Below the pieces are notes generated by a model. It did not search any database. It was not told where the DNA came from and was given only the letters and a program-made list of their open reading frames with translations. From Bacteroidota bacterium (GTDB taxonomy: Bacteria > Bacteroidota > Bacteroidia > JABDFU01): 64,000 nucleotides of DNA. Numbering within the stretch: position 1 is the stretch's first letter; each line of letters opens with the position of its first letter. Both the position numbers and the translations under genes were made by a program. Location of the stretch: contig JABDFG010000008.1 in NCBI GenBank assembly GCA_013286655.1, forward strand, positions 413 to 64,412. The letters are read 5' to 3'. Below are positions 58,362-64,000 of this stretch, piece by piece.

Positions 58362-58880
58362 ATGTCCGAATTCCACGATGATTACCCGCAATACGAGCTG
58401 ATGGCTCATCATAGTGAAGAAGTAGGTAAAACTACCCGTAAAAAACTATGGCGCGTGTTCTGGATAATGCTTACCATTACCCTGGCCGAACTGGTGGTTG
58501 GCTTTAATGCAGAATCCTGGGGTTTACTCGATAGTCATCGCGCAACGACCTTAGGACTGAAATTTTTCTTCATATTCTTTACCATCGCAAAAGCCGCCTT
58601 CATTGTACTCTCTTTCATGCACCTGGGAGATGAAAAAAAATCATTAAAATGGGTGATCCTTGCTCCTTATTGTACATTTATTATTTATTTAGCATGCATG
58701 GTTTCTATCACGGAAGGCGGGTATTCTCAATCCAGACGTGCGGATATGGACCCAAACGTAGTAAAGCAGGCTGCTGAGCATAAGAGAGCCGGAGGAGGAG
58801 AACACCAGGAGGCCACAGAAGAAGGCAAAGAAAGTGGAAAATTGCAGGAAGGTGCCGGGGCAGAGGCTGGTCATAAGTGA
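58362..58880 (+). CDS. cytochrome c oxidase subunit IV-like protein with charged C-terminal extension
   Basis: Three TM segments following the pattern of caa3-type subunit IV. The last ~50 aa are Glu/Gly/Ala/Lys-rich. Confidence 0.55.
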   Translation: MSEFHDDYPQYELMAHHSEEVGKTTRKKLWRVFWIMLTITLAELVVGFNAESWGLLDSHRATTLGLKFFFIFFTIAKAAFIVLSFMHLGDEKKSLKWVILAPYCTFIIYLACMVSITEGGYSQSRRADMDPNVVKQAAEHKRAGGGEHQEATEEGKESGKLQEGAGAEAGHK

Positions 58881-59554
58881 AAAAACAATCCCTTATATTA
58901 TTTGTCATACTTCTTTTACCGGTTCTGATTTTTATTTTCTTTTCCGTTGCCACACATAATGCAGCTATTGTGCCTTTTTTCGGACCCCGGGAAGCGGTTA
59001 CTAAAACAGTCGACGGCAAACAAGTTACCGATACCATTTACCACAGCATTCCTCCGTTTAAGTTTGTAAACCAGGAGGGAGATACCATCTCCGAAAAAAA
59101 TTACGAGGATCACTATTACATAGCGGATTTCTTTTTTACCACCTGTAAGAGCATTTGCCCTAAAATGGCGACAACCTTAGCCGTCGTGCAGGAAAAATTC
59201 AGGGACAATGATGCTGTTCTCATTTTATCCCATACGGTGAATCCGCAGCACGATAGTGTTCCGGTACTAAAGGCCTATGCACAAATGGTTCATGCAGATC
59301 CTAAAAAATGGACCTTTGTAACCGGCACAAAAAAATCCATTTATGACATTGCGATAAATGGCTACCTGCTTCCTGCAGGTGAAGATGTACAGGCAGAAGG
59401 AGGATTTCTCCACAGCGAACAACTTATACTGGTTGATAAACAAAAACATATCCGGGGAATATACGATGGTACTTCTTTGCCGGATGTAAACAAATTAATC
59501 GAAGACCTAACGCTCCTCTTACATGAGGAGAAAGTGCGACAAAAAAGTGAATAG
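58877..59554 (+). CDS. SCO1/SenC-family copper chaperone
   Basis: GTG start overlapping the previous stop (GTGA). N-terminal TM and a FFFTTCKSICP CxxxC motif. Confidence 0.8.
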   Translation: MKKQSLILFVILLLPVLIFIFFSVATHNAAIVPFFGPREAVTKTVDGKQVTDTIYHSIPPFKFVNQEGDTISEKNYEDHYYIADFFFTTCKSICPKMATTLAVVQEKFRDNDAVLILSHTVNPQHDSVPVLKAYAQMVHADPKKWTFVTGTKKSIYDIAINGYLLPAGEDVQAEGGFLHSEQLILVDKQKHIRGIYDGTSLPDVNKLIEDLTLLLHEEKVRQKSE

Positions 59555-59674
59555 CCAGTAGCGAATAGCGATTAGGGAATATATTTTCCTTAACTTTCCC
59601 CTATTGGCTAATCGCTATTCCCTTCATTGGTTATTCGCCTTTCCCTATTCGCTACTGGCTGTTCGCTATTCGCT
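59549..59674. repeat. heptad-repeat palindromic element, locus E
   Basis: GAATAGC CAGTAGC GAATAGC GATTAGG (59549-59576), then two blocks of inverted units (59598-59622 and 59623-59674). The 16-nt AGCCAGTAGCGAATAG is perfectly complementary to 59646-59661. Confidence 0.8.
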
Positions 59675-59679
59675 TCTTC

Positions 59680-60720
59680 TCACTTCACCCTTGAATTACA
59701 ATACTTCTCAATCAAGTCATTCGCCAGATCATTTCCCATACTGTCTGCTGCAATAAGATCGGCGCAGGAACCTTTTTTATCACCTGTGGCAAACTTAACT
59801 GCCGCCCGGTTAATATAAGCCGGAGAAAAATTCGGTTTTAGTTTGATGGCCTTGTCCAGGTCCTCTATCGCACCTCTGTAATCCTTAGTTCCGCTTTTTG
59901 CGGTTCCCCGGAAACTCCAGGTTTTTGGATTTTTTGAATCCATGGATAGCGCCTTATCGCAGTCTTCTATGGCACCCTTGTAATCCCTGGTATTTATTTT
60001 GCTCGCCGCCCGGTCAATAAATAAATCGGGATCCTTGTCATTTAACCCAATCGCCTGATCATAATCCGCCAAAGCAGCTTTATAGTCATGAATCTCAAAT
60101 TCCGTATTGCCACGGAATTTGAACAACTCAAAATGAGTACTATCCATTTGAATGGCTTTGCTAAAATCAACCAGGGCCAGTTGATAATCCCCTATGTCAT
60201 GCCGGACTTTCCCCCTGAAAATAATGGCTTCCACAAGGTTGGGTTTTATATCAAGTGCAATAGAAAGGTCATTTATAGCCTCTTTGTTTTTTTTCATTTT
60301 GTTTTTTAAAATGCCCCTTTGCGCAAAAGCTTCTGCATTGTTTCCATTCAAACTAATCGCTTTATCTAAATCACTGAGAGCAGACTTCAGGTCACTGTTA
60401 GCAGCTTCTATAAGGCCGCGTTCACTAAATGCTTCGGAATAATCAGGTTTTACCTTAATCGCCTGAGCGAGATCTTCCAATGCAGCCTTGCGTTCCCCCA
60501 GTAAAAATTTATCATTGGCTTTCCCCAGCCAGGCTGTTGCATTTTCCGTATTGGTTTTGACCGCCTTGTTGTAAAATTTAATAGCTTCTTTATAATTCTT
60601 AAGACTGTCCTGTTTAAGTGCAGTTTGCATATTTTCATCTACGCTGTCTTTCTGGGCAGTACAAAAGCTGAAGCAAAAAACCTGGAAGAAGAGGACCGTT
60701 ATGTATTTTCCGGCTTGCAT
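59680..60720 (-). CDS. tetratricopeptide-repeat protein, secreted
   Basis: Signal peptide, then about eight 34-aa repeats with the A..Y..A..LNP..A pattern. Confidence 0.75.
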   Translation of the reverse strand: MQAGKYITVLFFQVFCFSFCTAQKDSVDENMQTALKQDSLKNYKEAIKFYNKAVKTNTENATAWLGKANDKFLLGERKAALEDLAQAIKVKPDYSEAFSERGLIEAANSDLKSALSDLDKAISLNGNNAEAFAQRGILKNKMKKNKEAINDLSIALDIKPNLVEAIIFRGKVRHDIGDYQLALVDFSKAIQMDSTHFELFKFRGNTEFEIHDYKAALADYDQAIGLNDKDPDLFIDRAASKINTRDYKGAIEDCDKALSMDSKNPKTWSFRGTAKSGTKDYRGAIEDLDKAIKLKPNFSPAYINRAAVKFATGDKKGSCADLIAADSMGNDLANDLIEKYCNSRVK

Positions 60721-60725
60721 TTCTG

Positions 60726-62528
60726 TTATTGATTCGAAAAAAAATCCAGGATGCGTTTCGCTTTCGCCGGGCCGACAATCGGGCTTAGCTCCGCTGTGGT
60801 CGCTTCCCGGATGTGTTTTACCGAGATAAATTTTTTCAGCAATTTTTGAGCTGTCTTATCGCTTATTCCCGGAATTTCCGTAAGCTCGGTCTTGATCGTT
60901 CCCTTTTCACGTTTTTTACGGTGATGGGTGATCCCGAAGCGGTGCGCCTCATCCCGGATCTGTTGGATAATTTTTAAGCTTTCCGATTTTTTATCGAGGT
61001 ACATCGGAAACGGATCACCGGGATAATAAAGTTCTTCCAGCTTTTTAGCTATACTGACAATACCTACTTTACCCATTAATCCAAGCTTTTCAAGACTATT
61101 TACCGCCGAACTGAGCTGCCCTTTTCCTCCGTCAACTATGATTAGCTGAGGCAAAGGAAGATTTTCCTCCACTACACGTTTATACCGCCGGTAAATGACT
61201 TCTTCCATAGACGCAAAATCATCCGGGCCTTCCACCGTCTTAATATTAAAATGACGGTAGTCTTTTTTGCTGGGTTTGCCATCTTTGAAAACAGTCATAG
61301 CAGCCACGGGGTATGCACCTTGTATATTTGAATTATCGAAGCATTCAATGTGCCTTGGTTCTTCCTTCAGATGCAGGTCTTTCATCATTTGCTGCAGAAT
61401 GCGTTTGGTGTGCCGGTCGGGATCAACCAGTAATTCCTGTCTTTCCTTTTCTTTGCGATAATAGTTCACGTTTTTTTCGGACAATTCCAGTAAATGCCGC
61501 TTATCACCGCGCTGAGGAACGGTGTATTCGGTTCCTTCAAATTTTAGCTCAGGCGCGAAAGGCACAATTATTTCTTTCGAATTACTGCCAAAACGTGAAC
61601 GCAATTCGGCAATAGCCAGCAAGAGGAGCTCTTCGGGTGTTTCATCGAGTTTCTTTTTCAATTCAACGGTATGACCCTGTATGATGGCACCATTGATTAC
61701 TCTCAGGTAATTTACAAAACCGCTCTTTTCATCCGTGACGATTGAAAACACATCTGCATTGTCGATGGTCGGACTAACAACGGTGGATTTACTTTGGTAG
61801 TTCACAAGCAATGCAATTTTTTCCTTTAAAAGCTGGGCTTTTTCATATTCCTGGTTTTCGGAATAGGTATTCATGAGCACTTTCATCTGTTTGATGGCAG
61901 AAGAGATATTACCCTTTACAATATTTTTTATCAACGCGATGTTGGCAGTATAATCTTCTTCCGTTTGCAATCCCTCACAGGGACCTTTGCAATTACCGAT
62001 ATGATATTCCAGGCATACCTTAAATTTTTTACTGCGGATATTTTCCTCGCTTAGCTTCAGGTTACAGTTTCTCAGCGGATAAAGTTTATGGATCAGGTCC
62101 AGCACCGCATGCATCATCCGGACAGAAGCATAAGGCCCGAAATAATCGGATCCATCTTTAATGATCGTGCGGGTTGAAAAAACACGGGGAAAGCGTTCAT
62201 TTTTGATGCAGATCCAGGGATAGGTTTTGTCATCTTTGAGCATGACATTGTAACGCGGCTGATGTTTTTTAATCAGGCTGTTTTCCAGTAATAAAGCATC
62301 CAGTTCCGTATCCACGATAATGAATTTTATATCGCAGATTTTTTTTACGAGTACAGCCGTTTTATTGTTTTCGTGCTGATCACGGTTAAAGTAAGAGCCG
62401 ACTCTCTTTTTTAAATTTTTAGCTTTACCGACATACAATAATTTATGGTCTTCATCATAATATTGATAAACTCCCGGCTTGTCGGGAAGAGAAGAAAGTA
62501 GAATATGCAGATGCTCAGACTTGTCCAT
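60726..62528 (-). CDS. uvrC: excinuclease ABC subunit C
   Basis: GIY-YIG (PGVYQYYDEDHKLLYVGKAKNLKKR), UVR domain, and C-terminal (HhH)2. Confidence 0.95.
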   Translation of the reverse strand: MDKSEHLHILLSSLPDKPGVYQYYDEDHKLLYVGKAKNLKKRVGSYFNRDQHENNKTAVLVKKICDIKFIIVDTELDALLLENSLIKKHQPRYNVMLKDDKTYPWICIKNERFPRVFSTRTIIKDGSDYFGPYASVRMMHAVLDLIHKLYPLRNCNLKLSEENIRSKKFKVCLEYHIGNCKGPCEGLQTEEDYTANIALIKNIVKGNISSAIKQMKVLMNTYSENQEYEKAQLLKEKIALLVNYQSKSTVVSPTIDNADVFSIVTDEKSGFVNYLRVINGAIIQGHTVELKKKLDETPEELLLLAIAELRSRFGSNSKEIIVPFAPELKFEGTEYTVPQRGDKRHLLELSEKNVNYYRKEKERQELLVDPDRHTKRILQQMMKDLHLKEEPRHIECFDNSNIQGAYPVAAMTVFKDGKPSKKDYRHFNIKTVEGPDDFASMEEVIYRRYKRVVEENLPLPQLIIVDGGKGQLSSAVNSLEKLGLMGKVGIVSIAKKLEELYYPGDPFPMYLDKKSESLKIIQQIRDEAHRFGITHHRKKREKGTIKTELTEIPGISDKTAQKLLKKFISVKHIREATTAELSPIVGPAKAKRILDFFSNQ

Positions 62529-62584
62529 GCGTATACAAATTTAACCCAAACTCTGCAGTAGAAAAAATTCCAGCCATCATCAGC

Positions 62585-62620
62585 AAAAAAGCCCTCCCGA
62601 TATGCCGGGAGGGCTTTTTT
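62585..62620. terminator. bidirectional rho-independent terminator
   Basis: A-run, GCCCTCCCG / CGGGAGGGC stem, T-run. Lies downstream of the PorP/SprF gene on the minus strand. Confidence 0.8.
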
Positions 62621-62650
62621 GCAAAAAAGTAGATGATTTTTAATCCTTTA

Positions 62651-63715
62651 TTAGAATCGCGCTTTGTTCTGGTACAAGAAGTTGCTCGGATTGATATAAC
62701 GCAAAGCTATTTCAAACCCACCAAGACCGTTGCTGGCATTGCGGAGGCCCGAAACGTTCACATCATAACTAAAGCCGATCGCATAGTTAGACATTTCTAA
62801 AAGACTCGAAATGATGACCGCATCATCCCAACGGTAATATGCACCAAGTGCAATCGCAGCACCTTTTACATAGCCCGTATACCTGGAATCCTCTTTCAGG
62901 GTGTATTTAACCAAGGAGCCCGCGGTAATTTCCTGGGCAGGCCCTTGTCTGTAATAAACAAAACCCGGCATTAAAGACAAAGGAGTATTTTTCAAGCCAA
63001 AGGTCATGTTACCGTGTGCCACATATTTCATGTAGAGTATATCGTTGCCGATGGGAGCTCCATAAAAGGAAAGATTAGGTTGCGTAAGGTGAGAAACAGA
63101 AAAACCAATATTGGATTGCAGGTTGTCATTACCACTCACATACATTTCGCCTTTATTGTACTGGTATAATATACCAGCTCCAAGGTCAGGGTAAAGTACA
63201 CTGGTATTTGCGAATTTTTCGCCGGAATTGGGGTTAATATTGCCGGTGGCCGGGTCATATTGGCTATCGAATACCAGATTGCCCGGAGTAACACTAAACT
63301 GACCAAAACCACCCTGTAAACCTGCTGAAAGTATCTGGTGTTCATCTAGTTTCACGTGACCAGCCAGGGATAAATCGACGATTGTAGTGCTCAGGTTTCC
63401 ATCCCCTGCCACATCGTTATAAACATTCAGGCCAAAACCCAAATAAGCACTTTTCCATTTTTTCTGAAAAGCCCGGATGTCCACAGCGGCAGCAAATGTT
63501 TTGTAAGGACTGTTAACACTGCTCCATTGGTTACGGTAATTGGTGGTTGCCGTAATATCTTTAAATGCTCCAGCTGCGGCAGGGTTAAGCGTAAGCTCGG
63601 ACATATAAAACTGGGAAAAATGAATATCCTGGGCGAGGGCGCTGCCGGCAAAAGTCAAAGGAAGAATAATCCCCAAACCTGCAGACTTAATGAATTGATG
63701 TACACATTTTTTCAT
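62651..63715 (-). CDS. type IX secretion system membrane protein, PorP/SprF family
   Basis: Signal peptide from the internal ATG. The DIHFSQFYMSELTLNPA N-terminal motif is characteristic of PorP/SprF. Beta-barrel pattern. Confidence 0.8.
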   Translation of the reverse strand: MKKCVHQFIKSAGLGIILPLTFAGSALAQDIHFSQFYMSELTLNPAAAGAFKDITATTNYRNQWSSVNSPYKTFAAAVDIRAFQKKWKSAYLGFGLNVYNDVAGDGNLSTTIVDLSLAGHVKLDEHQILSAGLQGGFGQFSVTPGNLVFDSQYDPATGNINPNSGEKFANTSVLYPDLGAGILYQYNKGEMYVSGNDNLQSNIGFSVSHLTQPNLSFYGAPIGNDILYMKYVAHGNMTFGLKNTPLSLMPGFVYYRQGPAQEITAGSLVKYTLKEDSRYTGYVKGAAIALGAYYRWDDAVIISSLLEMSNYAIGFSYDVNVSGLRNASNGLGGFEIALRYINPSNFLYQNKARF

Positions 63716-63839
63716 ATTAAAATGGAATTTAAGAAACGTTACAATAACTAAAGATAATGATTGCAAGCCTATTTTCAAATAATAAGTAATTATTTCCCGT
63801 ATTTTAGGAGAGCGGATATTTAGTATTTTAGTGCAGGCT

Positions 63840-64000
63840 GATGAATTTAGAAGGGTTACTGAAATTATACTCCACTGACGATAACACTTTAAAGCTATTT
63901 GAAAAGCTGAAATCGTCCGGGCGGACTCGTGCCCGATTGAAAGGTTTGGTGGGATCTTCCGCTTCTTTTGTCATTTCGGCCACTGCCTTTCTGTTTAAAA
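63840..64000 (+). CDS. mfd: probable transcription-repair coupling factor, N-terminal fragment (3' end outside window)
   Basis: MNLEGLLKLYSTDDNTLKLFEKLKSSGRTRARLKGLVGSSASFVISA resembles Bacteroidota Mfd N-termini. The ORF is open to the window end. Confidence 0.45.

Noticed and set aside
56944-58880. Two consecutive subunit-III genes plus a subunit-IV-like gene without coxI/coxII as an unusual oxidase
   Set aside because: Tandem subunit-III-family genes following cyoE, with SCO1 downstream, is as far as I know the usual Bacteroidota arrangement. The catalytic subunits are probably encoded outside the window.

Overview
The window is a chromosomal segment that looks like Bacteroidota. Evidence: a T9SS PorP/SprF protein, a GldA/GldF/GldG-like ABC transporter, a MurF-Alr fusion, a SixA-Ppk-Ppx cluster, TAnnTTTG-like -7 boxes, and many signal-peptide and beta-barrel proteins. 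Finer taxonomy cannot be read from the sequence.

Most of the window is housekeeping. This includes polyphosphate metabolism, purD/purQ, mutS, uvrC, the mfd 5' end, fumC, prfB, folK, nadD, sppA, tdk, cytochrome oxidase accessory genes cyoE/coxIII/coxIV/SCO, mgtE, and a TonB-dependent receptor.

Roughly 16-31 kb looks accessory: hypothetical secreted proteins, stress and xenobiotic-type genes, and one tRNA-Asn.

The most interesting locus is 28.2-30.9 kb. Next to tRNA-Asn lies the scar of a decayed mobile element, a frameshifted integrase Arm-domain fragment joined directly to a RadC/JAB C-terminal tail. It is followed by an AT-rich stretch carrying three paralogous small genes on the minus strand. 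One of them is 55 aa and absent from the ORF track. All three share a strongly conserved double-glycine leader (K-F-E-K-K-L-x-L-K-K-E-x-V-x-x-L-N-N-x-E-...-G-G), unrelated Cys/Ser/Thr-rich cores, and a 19-nt motif in their 5' leaders. No maturation or export genes are visible nearby.

Other notable points:
- A dispersed family of tandem heptad (NANTAGC) palindromic repeats occurs at five intergenic sites.
- prfB carries the classical +1 programmed frameshift, and its N-terminal exon is missed by the ORF track.
- A Fur-box-like palindrome lies between a VIT1 iron transporter gene and a TonB-dependent receptor gene.
- Pho-box-like direct repeats lie upstream of ppk.
- There is a bipolar histone-H1-like protein.
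- There are several gene fusions.

All calls are by eye from the sequence and translations. No database search was run.
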